Source of the DNA: an uncultured Chloroflexia bacterium
Lineage (GTDB): Bacteria; Chloroflexota; Limnocylindria; Limnocylindrales; CSP1-4
Direction of reading: 5' to 3'
Length of the DNA: 64,000 nt
NCBI GenBank assembly: GCA_963828165.1
Contig: CAWHDR010000001.1
Coordinates: forward strand, 1,376,001 to 1,440,000
Part shown: positions 39,202-48,620 of the stretch, in pieces
Position numbering within the stretch: position 1 is the stretch's first letter
Layout: each line of letters opens with the position of its first letter
Translations under genes and position numbers: made by a program
The notes under the pieces: model-generated
The model's input: the letters and a program-made list of their open reading frames with translations, nothing else
The model's database searches: none
Told to the model about the DNA's origin: nothing

Positions 39202-39565
39202 GCGTCCCATGGAGGGTCGATCGCGGGGCCGCGACGTCGTGGACTGCGCCTCCAGATCGCCGGGCCCACGCCCAGATGGGGTACCAGGACCCTCGTTGCG
39301 AGCCTGCACCGGAACCGAGGATGCGGTCTTGTGCGGTCCGCGCGGATTGGGGCTCTTGAGGGTCAGACCTGACCAGTATCAATGGGCCACCCTGGTCCAT
39401 ACGATGCCGGCAATTGGTCCTGTGTCCGCCTGGTACTAACGCCCATGGACACAGGCGCGGTCTCGGACCGCAGCCATCATCGGCGCCCTTGGCGCCAGCC
39501 GCCGCAGCGCCCTGTCAAGGCGCCGAGCACAGCAGAGGGTCGGGGGACCAGAAGGGATCAAGCCG

Positions 39566-42500
39566 ATGTCTCGGGGACTTTGGTTTTCGATGAACGCGCG
39601 GACACGCAGGAGTCTGACCCTGGTGTGGACCGCGCTGTTCCTGTTCTCGTTGGCGCTTCAGTCCGTCACGCTGGCCACGCCGACGTCGGTCCTGGCCGTG
39701 CACGACGAAGGCGTCTTCGAGCTCGACGGCAATGCGCTCAACAGCGCCAGCGCCGGCGACGATTGGGCCGCCGTGTTCGGCGACACCGACTCGGCCTTCG
39801 CCTCGGTCTTCACGACCGACGCCGTCGGCGCCGGTGACAACATGCTCACGGGTGGTGGCTCCAAGGACGTCACCGACATCCCGCAGTGGGAGCTCGCCAG
39901 CGGCACTGTCCAGGACAAGAACGACATCGCGCATGCGTTCGCTGCCGCGTACATCGCGGGGGCCGACAACGATCTCCTCGTGTACTTCGGACTCGATCGC
40001 TACGCGCAGAACGGCGCGGCGCAGGCCGGGTTCTGGTTCCTCCGCAACCCGATCACCCCGAGCGGCAGCAGCCTGGGCACGTCCCACTCGGTCGGCGACG
40101 TCCTCGTCCAGATCGACTTCGAGAACGGCGGCACCGACCCGAAGGCCCGCGTCTACGAGTGGACCACTTCGGGCCTCGCGCTCGTGTCGAGCGGCGCCTC
40201 CTGTACGGCGGCCGGCGCGGATGACGACCGCTGTGCGATCTCGAACACCGCGAACAGCAACACCGCCTGGACGTTCAACCCGAAGTCGGGCGCGAACAAC
40301 GTGTACCAGCCCGGCCACTTCCTCGAGGGCGGCATCAACATGTCCGACCTCGGCCTGGATGACAGCTGCTTCTCGACGTTCCTTGCCGAGACGCGCAGCT
40401 CGCCCTCGGAGGACTCGACGCTCTCCGACATCACCTACGGGTCCTTTCCCCTGTGCGTCGCTCCGGACATCGCGACCCAGGTCCGGAACGATCAGGGCAA
40501 CAACACCAACGCCATCAACAAGGGCGAATCGGTGACCGACCACGCCGTCGTCAGTGGCAGCAAGGGCGTCGCAACGGGCACCATCGACTTCTTCGTCTGC
40601 GGACCGACGTCCTCGGCCGAGGCATGCACGAGCGGCGGAACGCAGCGTGGCAACGACATCCCGCTCGTCGCCGGCGAGGCGGACTCCCTGGGCTTCACGC
40701 CCACGGCACTCGGCTGGTACTGCTTCCGTGCGGAATACACGCCCAGCGCGAATTCCAAGTACCTCGCAGGGTCGCACACGAACGCGACCACCGAGTGCTT
40801 CCGGGTCAAGCCCGCTGACGTCCAGATCGTCAAGACGCCGAACAACGGAACCGAGTCGGCCGGCAGCCCCATCAGCTTCACGCTGAGCTGGGCGAACGAG
40901 GGTGAAGGCAGCGCCACGGGCGTGGTCGTGAGCGACACCCTGCCAAGCGGCAACGGCCTCGACTGGAGCATCAGCGCCAGCACCGGCACCGGTTCCACAT
41001 GCGTGCTCAGTGCGGCTGACGTCCTGACCTGCAACGTCGGCACGATCGCCGGCAACCCCAACTTCCCGAATGCCGCCCCGGTCAACGGAACCGTCACGCT
41101 CACGAGCGCGACGACCAGTGCCGCCTGCGGCGAGATCAACAACACCGGCCAGATCACGTCGAACAACGACGGCACCGACAACGACCCGGGACAGGTGACC
41201 GTCCTGTGCCCGGATGTCAAGGTCGAGAAGACGCCGGATGGCGGCACGGTCCAGGCCGGCGCGACGGCGACCTTCACGATCGTCGTCACGAACCTCGGCC
41301 CGGGCACCGCCACGAACGTGACCCTGACCGACGACCTGCCGGTGGGCTACGTCTGGACCCTCGGTGGCGCTGATGCGGCCAGCTGCTCCATCAACACCGT
41401 CCCGAGCCCCGACGTCCTGTCCTGCAACTTCGGCAGCATCGGAGACGACGGAACCCGAACGATCACCCTCAGCGCGCCGACCACCGGCGCGAACTGCGCG
41501 GTCATCGACAACACGGCCATCGTCGACGCCGCCAATGAGCCGGAGCGTGCCAACGGCAACAACTCCGACCCGGGCAGCATCGACGTCCTGTGCGCGGTGA
41601 TCCAGCTCGAGAAGACCGCCAAGCCGGCCGGACCGGTCAGCGCGGGCGACGAGATCGGCTTCGACATCGTCGTCAGCAACACCGGCGATGGCACGGCCAC
41701 CAATGTGGTTGTCACCGACGACCTCCCCGCCGGTGTGAACTGGTCGATCGACCCGGCCGTCACCGGCTGCTCGATCGACGGTGACGTCGGCGACCAGACC
41801 CTGACCTGCAGCAGGGCCAGCCTCGCGGCCGGCGCGAGCTTCACCGTCCACATCGAAGGTGTCACCGACGCCCTCGACTGCGGGACGATCAGCAACACCG
41901 CCTTCGTCACCACGGGGAACGACGGAAACGACTCGGATGACGCGTCCGTCGTGGTCCTCTGCCCCGACATCGAAGTCGAGAAGACCGGCAACGGGACGAT
42001 CGACGCCGGTGGGAACGCGGTCTTCACCATCAAGGTGACCAACCACGGTCCAGGTGAGGCCAAGGGCGTGACGCTCGCGGACCAGCTGCCTGCGGGGACC
42101 TGGATCCTCGGCGGCGCAAATGGCGACGACTGCGCCATCAGTGCTTCCAACCTGCTCAGCTGCGATTTCGGCAGCATCGGTGACGACGGAACGCGGACCA
42201 TCACGGTCACGCTCACGACGACAGCCGACGATTGCGGCTCGATCCTCAATACGGTCACCGTATCGGCGACCAACGAGCCGGCCAACGATCAGTTTCCGAA
42301 CACGGACAACGACACGATCGTCGTCCAGTGCCCGGATCTGACCGTTGCGAAGACCGGCAACGGGCCGATCTCCGCGGGTGAGACCGCCACGTTCACCATC
42401 ACCGTCACCAACCTTGGCCCGGGTGCGGCCGCGGATGCGACGCTGTCCGATCAGCTCCCGGCTGGTGCCTGGACCCTTGGTGGCGCCGATGCCGCCGACT

Positions 42501-45157
42501 GCGCCATCGACGCTTCCAACCTGCTCACCTGCGACTTCGGCACGATCGATGCGCCGGGTCAGGGAGCGGACAACATCCGCGTGATCACGGTCAGCAAGAC
42601 GTCGGACGCCGGCGACTGCGACTCGATCCCCAATGCCGTGACGGTCGGGGCCTCCAACGAGGCCGGCGAAGACACGGACGACAACGACGACAACGCGACG
42701 ATCGTCGTGAACTGCCCCGACATCCAGGTCGTGAAGGACGGCAACGGCCCGATCTCCGCTGGTGAGGGGGCGATCTTCACGATCACCGTCACCAACCTCG
42801 GCCCGGGCACGGCGTTCGACGTCGAGCTCACGGACGAGCTCCCGGCCGGCACCATCTGGACACTGGGTGGCGCTAATGCCGTCTCGTGCTCGATCGACGA
42901 CACGGTCAACCCCGATCTCCTGTCATGCGACTTCGGGACGCTCGTGGACGACGCCTCCCGGACGATCACCCTGACCGGTGAGACCGACGCGGGGGACTGC
43001 GGCTCCATCCCGAACCTCGCAGCGGCGACGGCCTCCAACGAGTCCGACGACGACCTCGAGAACAACGATGACGACGCGACGATCGTCGTCAACTGCCCGC
43101 TCATCGTCATCACCAAGTCGGCCGACGCTCCCGTCGTCAGCGCCGGGGACCAGATCGGCTTCACGGTCACGGTCACCAATACCGGCGCAGGTACCGCGTT
43201 CGGCGTCACCGTCACCGACACCCTGCCCGGCGACATGAGCTGGGCGATCAGCCCGGCCAGCACGGGCTGGACCATCACGGCTGGTGTGCTGAGCTTCGGC
43301 CCGGCGCCGCTGGCCGGTGGGACCTCCACGTCCGTCCACATCATCGCCACGACGGATGCGACCGATTGCGGCCTCGTCCCGAACACGGCCTTCCTGCAGT
43401 ACAGCGGCGGCTCCGGCTCCGATGACTCGGAGATCACCGTGGAATGCCCGGACATCACCATCGGCAAGACGGCTGCCAACAGCCCGATCGTCGCTGGTGC
43501 CGTGGCCAGCTACACCATCACCGTGGTCAACAAGCTCGGCGACGGCATCGGCATCGCGCGCGACGTCACCGTGGACGACGACCTGCCGGCCGGCGTCACG
43601 TGGTCGGAGGACAGCGAGGATTGCACGATCGTCGCTGGTCACCTCCACTGCGACTTCGGCGACCTGGATCCCGGTGACAGTGCGTCCGTGACCGTCAGCG
43701 GCACGACGAGCACCGCCAACTGCGGCAACCTGCCGAACCTCGCCTCGACCGAAGCCTCCAACGAGGCCGAGGAAGACACGGACGACAACAGCGACGACGC
43801 CACGATCATCGTGCGTTGCCCTGAGATCGAAATCGACAAGACGGCCAACGACGACCTCGTCGAGCCGAACCAGACCGTGACGTTCACCATCAAGGTGTTC
43901 GTCGCCGACGGCCCGGTCACGGCAGCGGTCGTGACGGACGTGCTGCCCGTCGGGCAGACCTACGTTGCCAACAGCCAGACGTCGGCCCCCGGTTCGACCT
44001 TCGCGATCTCCGCGAACGGCCGGACCCTGACCTGGACCTTCGCCAGCTTGTCTGACGGCGTCCAGGGTGCCGCCGCCGCGACCATCACCTACCGAGTGAA
44101 GATCGATGCCAACGCGGCGACGACCAGGCAGGTCAACGAAGCTGAAGTGTGTGTCTCGGAGCTCGAGGGCTGCGTCTCGGACGACGAGGACGTGACGCCG
44201 CAGCGGCCTCTCATCAGGCTGATCAAGACTGCGGGCACCGCAGCCAACGGCGCCGTCTTCGCGACGACCGCCGGCCCGGTCAAGTACACCTACGTCGTCA
44301 CGAACACCGGACCGCTCCCGCTGGTCAACGTCACGGTCAAGGATGACGCCGGCACGCCCGCGGTCTCGGGCGACGACTTCTTCGCCACCTGCCCCAAGAC
44401 GACCCTCGCGGTCGCCGAGTCGATGACCTGTACGTTCACCCGCGCAGTCGCGATCGACACGATCAACATCGCGGTCGCCCGTGGCGTCACGGCCGGGGGC
44501 AACCCCGTCCAGGACGACGATGACGCGGCCGTCGTGATCCTCGAATTTGGCCTCCTCATCGACAAGACCAACAACGCGCCGCTCGAATCCATCGAGCTGC
44601 CGGACGGGACCATCGTCGATCTGCCCACGGCAGACGCGGGCGAGACCGTGACCTTCACGCTGAAGTACGACCTCACCGGCGATCCCGTCACGAACGGCGT
44701 CATCACGGACGTCTTGCCGATCGGCATCACGTATGTCGCGGGCTCCGCCACCAACGATGCCCAGTTCACCTTCCATAGCTACTCGAGCGGGACGCGTACG
44801 CTCCGCTGGACGGCCGCGAACGTGACCCGGGACGGCTCGGTCACCTATCGAGCCAAGATCGACGCGGGCGCCGCGGAGCTCCCGCAGCCGCTCATCAACG
44901 TCGCCACGATCGACTCGGCGCAGACCGGGCCCGATGACGACGACTCGGAGGTCTTCGTGCCCACGGTCGTGGCCGGCGCAACCGCCACCCCACGGATCAC
45001 GTTGCCGCCGACCGATAGCCTTGCCGACACAACGCCGGCACCGAGCAACGGGGGCTTCACCCTGATGCTCATCCTGCTGGCCCTCGCAGCGGTCGTCCTC
45101 GTGGTCGGGTTCGTCACTCCGGTGCCGGTCTCGGTCCGTGAACGGGAGCGCCGCTGA
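39566..45157 (+). CDS. Large DUF11-repeat surface adhesin (1863 aa) with LPPTD-type C-terminal signal
   Basis: Signal peptide; FELDGN..DDW..KND N-domain; about ten Cys-containing repeats CPD..V.KT...FTI.VTN.G...L.D.LP...C..N.A; TLPPTDSL-TM-RERERR; start may be ATG 39590. Confidence 0.9.
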   Translation: MSRGLWFSMNARTRRSLTLVWTALFLFSLALQSVTLATPTSVLAVHDEGVFELDGNALNSASAGDDWAAVFGDTDSAFASVFTTDAVGAGDNMLTGGGSKDVTDIPQWELASGTVQDKNDIAHAFAAAYIAGADNDLLVYFGLDRYAQNGAAQAGFWFLRNPITPSGSSLGTSHSVGDVLVQIDFENGGTDPKARVYEWTTSGLALVSSGASCTAAGADDDRCAISNTANSNTAWTFNPKSGANNVYQPGHFLEGGINMSDLGLDDSCFSTFLAETRSSPSEDSTLSDITYGSFPLCVAPDIATQVRNDQGNNTNAINKGESVTDHAVVSGSKGVATGTIDFFVCGPTSSAEACTSGGTQRGNDIPLVAGEADSLGFTPTALGWYCFRAEYTPSANSKYLAGSHTNATTECFRVKPADVQIVKTPNNGTESAGSPISFTLSWANEGEGSATGVVVSDTLPSGNGLDWSISASTGTGSTCVLSAADVLTCNVGTIAGNPNFPNAAPVNGTVTLTSATTSAACGEINNTGQITSNNDGTDNDPGQVTVLCPDVKVEKTPDGGTVQAGATATFTIVVTNLGPGTATNVTLTDDLPVGYVWTLGGADAASCSINTVPSPDVLSCNFGSIGDDGTRTITLSAPTTGANCAVIDNTAIVDAANEPERANGNNSDPGSIDVLCAVIQLEKTAKPAGPVSAGDEIGFDIVVSNTGDGTATNVVVTDDLPAGVNWSIDPAVTGCSIDGDVGDQTLTCSRASLAAGASFTVHIEGVTDALDCGTISNTAFVTTGNDGNDSDDASVVVLCPDIEVEKTGNGTIDAGGNAVFTIKVTNHGPGEAKGVTLADQLPAGTWILGGANGDDCAISASNLLSCDFGSIGDDGTRTITVTLTTTADDCGSILNTVTVSATNEPANDQFPNTDNDTIVVQCPDLTVAKTGNGPISAGETATFTITVTNLGPGAAADATLSDQLPAGAWTLGGADAADCAIDASNLLTCDFGTIDAPGQGADNIRVITVSKTSDAGDCDSIPNAVTVGASNEAGEDTDDNDDNATIVVNCPDIQVVKDGNGPISAGEGAIFTITVTNLGPGTAFDVELTDELPAGTIWTLGGANAVSCSIDDTVNPDLLSCDFGTLVDDASRTITLTGETDAGDCGSIPNLAAATASNESDDDLENNDDDATIVVNCPLIVITKSADAPVVSAGDQIGFTVTVTNTGAGTAFGVTVTDTLPGDMSWAISPASTGWTITAGVLSFGPAPLAGGTSTSVHIIATTDATDCGLVPNTAFLQYSGGSGSDDSEITVECPDITIGKTAANSPIVAGAVASYTITVVNKLGDGIGIARDVTVDDDLPAGVTWSEDSEDCTIVAGHLHCDFGDLDPGDSASVTVSGTTSTANCGNLPNLASTEASNEAEEDTDDNSDDATIIVRCPEIEIDKTANDDLVEPNQTVTFTIKVFVADGPVTAAVVTDVLPVGQTYVANSQTSAPGSTFAISANGRTLTWTFASLSDGVQGAAAATITYRVKIDANAATTRQVNEAEVCVSELEGCVSDDEDVTPQRPLIRLIKTAGTAANGAVFATTAGPVKYTYVVTNTGPLPLVNVTVKDDAGTPAVSGDDFFATCPKTTLAVAESMTCTFTRAVAIDTINIAVARGVTAGGNPVQDDDDAAVVILEFGLLIDKTNNAPLESIELPDGTIVDLPTADAGETVTFTLKYDLTGDPVTNGVITDVLPIGITYVAGSATNDAQFTFHSYSSGTRTLRWTAANVTRDGSVTYRAKIDAGAAELPQPLINVATIDSAQTGPDDDDSEVFVPTVVAGATATPRITLPPTDSLADTTPAPSNGGFTLMLILLALAAVVLVVGFVTPVPVSVRERERR

Positions 45158-45184
45158 TCCCTCCCTTTGGGGTCCCCGAGACCC

Positions 45185-45221
45185 GGGCGGAGCGCTCCGC
45201 CGTCCGTGGAGCGCTCCGCCC
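45185..45221. terminator. Hairpin between convergent genes
   Basis: GGGCGGAGCGCTCCG...TGGAGCGCTCCGCCC. Confidence 0.65.
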
Positions 45222-45289
45222 CGTCTACGCCGACCGGGGCGTGCCAGCGATGGTGCGTCCCGGTCGTCCACGTCCGGCGCAGGGCGCGA

Positions 45290-46069
45290 CTAGGCTCCGA
45301 TCGTGAACCGATCGCCCGGGTTGACGAGGGTGACCGGGCCCTTGTAGGTCGCCCGTACCGACTCGATGGTGGCGGCCTCGTCGAAGCCCATCTGGAGGTG
45401 GGTCAACAGCACCGCGCCGACGCCCGTGCGGTTCGCCAGGGCGGCAACGGCAGGGCCATCCAGGTGGATCGCGCCCGCCGGGACGGGCCCCGGCCCGAAC
45501 GACACCTCCGACAGCAGCGTGTCACCGGCCCGAACCAGGGCATCGACGTCTTCCGCTCGCCCGCAGTCGCCGGTGTAGACGAGCCCCGGACCGCTGCCGT
45601 CGCCAATGGAGACCCGATAGGCGTGACTATCGTCGGTGTGCGTGACGCGTCGCGCCTCGACCGTCAGCGTGCCCACGGCCCAGCTGCCCGTCTCGACATC
45701 CTCGACATCGAGCGACCTGGCCGTGAAGCCGGGATCCTCGTGCAGCGCGTCGATGCGCCGCGCGAGGCCCGCCGGAGCCTGGACCCGGACACGCCGTGCG
45801 GGCTTGAACTGCCAGTACAGGTAGTGGCGCAGGGCCACCAGGTCGATGAAATGGTCCGGATGCAGGTGGCTGACGACGACCGCGTCGAGCGAGCTTGGCT
45901 CGAGGGCATCGGCGAGTCGCGGAAACGACCCCTGCCCAAGGTCGAGCAACAGCGAGGTGGGACCGTGTCGCAGGAGGTATGCCGCCCCGCTCGCGCCGGC
46001 TCGATCGGTATAGGCGGGCCCGGCACCGAGCACGTCGAGCTGCAGCGATCCGGTCGTCCGTGACATCAC
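45290..46069 (-). CDS. MBL-fold metallo-hydrolase (RNase Z/BN-like)
   Basis: LLDLGQG, SHLHPDH, YTGD, LLTHL. Confidence 0.9.
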   Translation of the reverse strand: MMSRTTGSLQLDVLGAGPAYTDRAGASGAAYLLRHGPTSLLLDLGQGSFPRLADALEPSSLDAVVVSHLHPDHFIDLVALRHYLYWQFKPARRVRVQAPAGLARRIDALHEDPGFTARSLDVEDVETGSWAVGTLTVEARRVTHTDDSHAYRVSIGDGSGPGLVYTGDCGRAEDVDALVRAGDTLLSEVSFGPGPVPAGAIHLDGPAVAALANRTGVGAVLLTHLQMGFDEAATIESVRATYKGPVTLVNPGDRFTIGA

Positions 46070-46102
46070 TCGCGCAGGGTAGCCGAGCCGCCGGTCGGTC
46101 AG

Positions 46103-47131
46103 TCAGTCGCCCCCGTTCGGCGGACCGCCGCCCGGCGGATCGTCGGGACGCCCACCACGATCGTGTGTCGGCCTGGGCGTGCGGTCCGGTGTCTGCCGTG
46201 GCTTTGGTTTCGCCTCTGCATCCGGCGGGTCCGTCGGCGTGTCGGTCGCCGCCGGCTCCGGGGTCGGCTTCTTCGTCGGCTTGGGCTTGGGTGGCGCCGT
46301 GCTGTCGGGTTCGGGCGTGGGCTCGGCCGTCGGCGGCTCGGTGGCATGCGGCGGGTTCGGGGGCGAACCGTTGCCGCCACCATCGTCGTTTCCGCCGCCT
46401 GGCCGGCTCGCGCCGATCCGCTCGACCGTGTCGGTACTCCGGGCGATGGCCGCCTCGACCGCGCGGGTGATCGATGCGCTGGCGTTCGTCCGCACCGGGC
46501 CCGCGAGCGCACGCAGCACCTCGATGTTCCGCCCGACCCCCGTCTCGAGGACCGCTGCCGCCACGTCGTCACCCGCCAGGATGGCCGACGCCGAAGCCTG
46601 CTCCAGGATCGACTCATAGGCCGCGAGCGCCGTCATCGCGCCCCGGGCATCGCCGGCCCGGTCGGCCTCGCCGGCCTCGCGCAGTCGATCGCGGAGGCGG
46701 CCGAGCTCGGCGACGGCGCGAGCCAAAGGGTCGCCTGGCAGGGTCAGCGTCTCCGCCCACAGCCGTGTCTCGTACAGCGGCCCGCCCGGTCGCGCCGCGG
46801 ACACGCCGCCAACGGCGATGGCGGTCGCCAACGAGGCCGCGAGGATCGCGGCGGCTGCACGGGACCAACGCCTGGAGCGAGGGCGCGAGGGGGTGTGGTG
46901 TCGGTCGCGTGCCTCGCCGGAAGGTTGGGCGCTTTCGTCGTCGGCTCGCGGGAGGATGGTCAGTGCGGCATCCGCGCTGGCAAGTGCGGCCTGCCGATGG
47001 GCGACGGCGAGCACCCGGGCCCGGAGCCGGCTCGAGGTGGCGAGATCGGGGGACAGCCGGAACTCGGCGTACGCCCCGAGGCGTCGCCCGAGCAGGCCAT
47101 TCGCGTCCATCAGCTCGATCATGTCGTCCAT
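46103..47131 (-). CDS. Putative membrane anti-sigma factor (DUF5667-like)
   Basis: Directly after the ECF sigma gene; single TM; ARPGGPLYETRLWAE; Pro/Thr-rich tail. Confidence 0.75.
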   Translation of the reverse strand: MDDMIELMDANGLLGRRLGAYAEFRLSPDLATSSRLRARVLAVAHRQAALASADAALTILPRADDESAQPSGEARDRHHTPSRPRSRRWSRAAAAILAASLATAIAVGGVSAARPGGPLYETRLWAETLTLPGDPLARAVAELGRLRDRLREAGEADRAGDARGAMTALAAYESILEQASASAILAGDDVAAAVLETGVGRNIEVLRALAGPVRTNASASITRAVEAAIARSTDTVERIGASRPGGGNDDGGGNGSPPNPPHATEPPTAEPTPEPDSTAPPKPKPTKKPTPEPAATDTPTDPPDAEAKPKPRQTPDRTPRPTHDRGGRPDDPPGGGPPNGGD

Positions 47132-47132
47132 C

Positions 47133-47729
47133 TCAGCGGGCCTCTCGGCGCTCGGTGGCGTCGTCGCTGCTCACCGTCTCCGGCGTGTCGATCCCGAGCT
47201 GCCGCCGCAACGCGGCGATCGCCCGGAATTGCAGCCCGCGGATCGTTCCTTCCTGCTTGCCCATCACCACGGCTGCCTCGCGGGCCGAGAGGCCGGCGAA
47301 GAAGCGCAAGGCGATCGCATCTCGTTGCTCATCGGTCAGCGAGGACAACGCGACGGCCACCTCGTCCAGCTCCTGACGAGCAACCGTTACCTCGTCCGGG
47401 CCGGCGTCGTTCCCGGCATGGCCGGCCGCCGCGTCGAGGTCGGCGTGGTCATGGCGGGTCCGCACGTGATCGATGACCGTGTTCCTGGCCAGCCGGAAGA
47501 GCCAGCCCCCGAATGGGATGCCCCGCGACTCGTAGCGTGGCAGGGCCTCCAGGGCCTTGACGAAGACGAGCTGCGTCAGGTCCTCCGCGTCCGACGGGCG
47601 TTGGACGCGGCTGGCGATGTAGCGATGGACCGGGAGGTGGTAGTGATCGAACAGAAGTCCGAACGCCCACGCGTCCCCCGCCCGGGCCTCTCCCACCAAC
47701 CGCTCGATCGCGGTCTCGTCGAGCGTCAT
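47133..47729 (-). CDS. ECF sigma-70 family sigma factor
   Basis: DAEDLTQLVF, GWLFRLARN region 2; LTDEQRDAIALRFFAGLS..E.A region 4. Confidence 0.94.
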   Translation of the reverse strand: MTLDETAIERLVGEARAGDAWAFGLLFDHYHLPVHRYIASRVQRPSDAEDLTQLVFVKALEALPRYESRGIPFGGWLFRLARNTVIDHVRTRHDHADLDAAAGHAGNDAGPDEVTVARQELDEVAVALSSLTDEQRDAIALRFFAGLSAREAAVVMGKQEGTIRGLQFRAIAALRRQLGIDTPETVSSDDATERREAR

Positions 47730-48598
47730 AACGAACGGCCGGCGGCGACGTTAGGTGCGGCCGTCACCCCGACCTCGACGCGCTCGCCGCCGCGACGGAA
47801 GGCAAGCGTCGTGAATCCGGCCTCGGCCGCGGACTCGTAGCCGTCCGCGAGGGCCCACGCGAACGAGTCGACGGTGTGGGCGTCCGAGCCGATCGTGACG
47901 GCGCGCCCGCCGAGCGCGTGGAAGCGCGCCACGACCGGCGGTGACGGGAACGCCTCCTCGGCCGGCGAGCGCAACCCGCTCGTATTGATCTCCAGCGCCG
48001 TGCCGCTCTCCACCAGCGCGGTCAGGATCGGCTCGTACAGCTCAGGGGCCGCGGCCAGGTCCGCGGTGGTCACATGCGGCGTCAGGAACCGCTTGACGAA
48101 GTCGATATGGCCCATCGCATCGAACAGGCCGGAACGCGCGCCAGCCGCGACCTCGTCGAAATAGGGCGCGACGATCTCGGCGAGCGACCGGCCGTCGACC
48201 CAGCTCGCGACGTGATCGGCGGCATATGGGGAGTCGCGATAGATGTGGACCGAGCCGATGACGAAGTCGTAGTCGTAGCGAGCGAGGTGATCGCGGATCT
48301 CGGTCGCGTAGCGCGAGTCCCAGGTGATCTCGACGCCGAAGCGGATGGCCACGCCCAGCTCGGCCCAGCGCTCAGCCCCCGAGCGCACGATGCGCTCGCG
48401 CTGTTCGAAGGTGGTCTCGCCGAAGCCCGGCGCATTGGGCGCGAAGTCGACGTGATCGGTGATCGCCAGCTCGGCGATGCCCCGCTCGACCGCCAGTCGG
48501 GCGTAGTCGTCGAGGGGTACGGCGCTGTCGTGCGACAGGTCCGTATGGACGTGTGCATCCAGCGGCAGGTCGCGCGCCCGGCGATCGGTCGTGGTCAC
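47726..48598 (-). CDS. Histidinol-phosphatase, HisJ-type PHP family
   Basis: DAHVHT, ITDH, GVE, IGSVH, GHID, EINTSGLR, GSDAH. Confidence 0.88.
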   Translation of the reverse strand: MTTTDRRARDLPLDAHVHTDLSHDSAVPLDDYARLAVERGIAELAITDHVDFAPNAPGFGETTFEQRERIVRSGAERWAELGVAIRFGVEITWDSRYATEIRDHLARYDYDFVIGSVHIYRDSPYAADHVASWVDGRSLAEIVAPYFDEVAAGARSGLFDAMGHIDFVKRFLTPHVTTADLAAAPELYEPILTALVESGTALEINTSGLRSPAEEAFPSPPVVARFHALGGRAVTIGSDAHTVDSFAWALADGYESAAEAGFTTLAFRRGGERVEVGVTAAPNVAAGRSL

Positions 48599-48620
48599 CT
48601 GGCGCCCCCCGGCCGCGGGC

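Noticed and set aside
39516-39565. c-di-AMP (ydaO) riboswitch suggested by CGCCGAG...GGGGGACCA
   Set aside because: The downstream conserved elements (GGGUGAAU, CCGUCAGCUAAC) are absent and the CDS starts right after.
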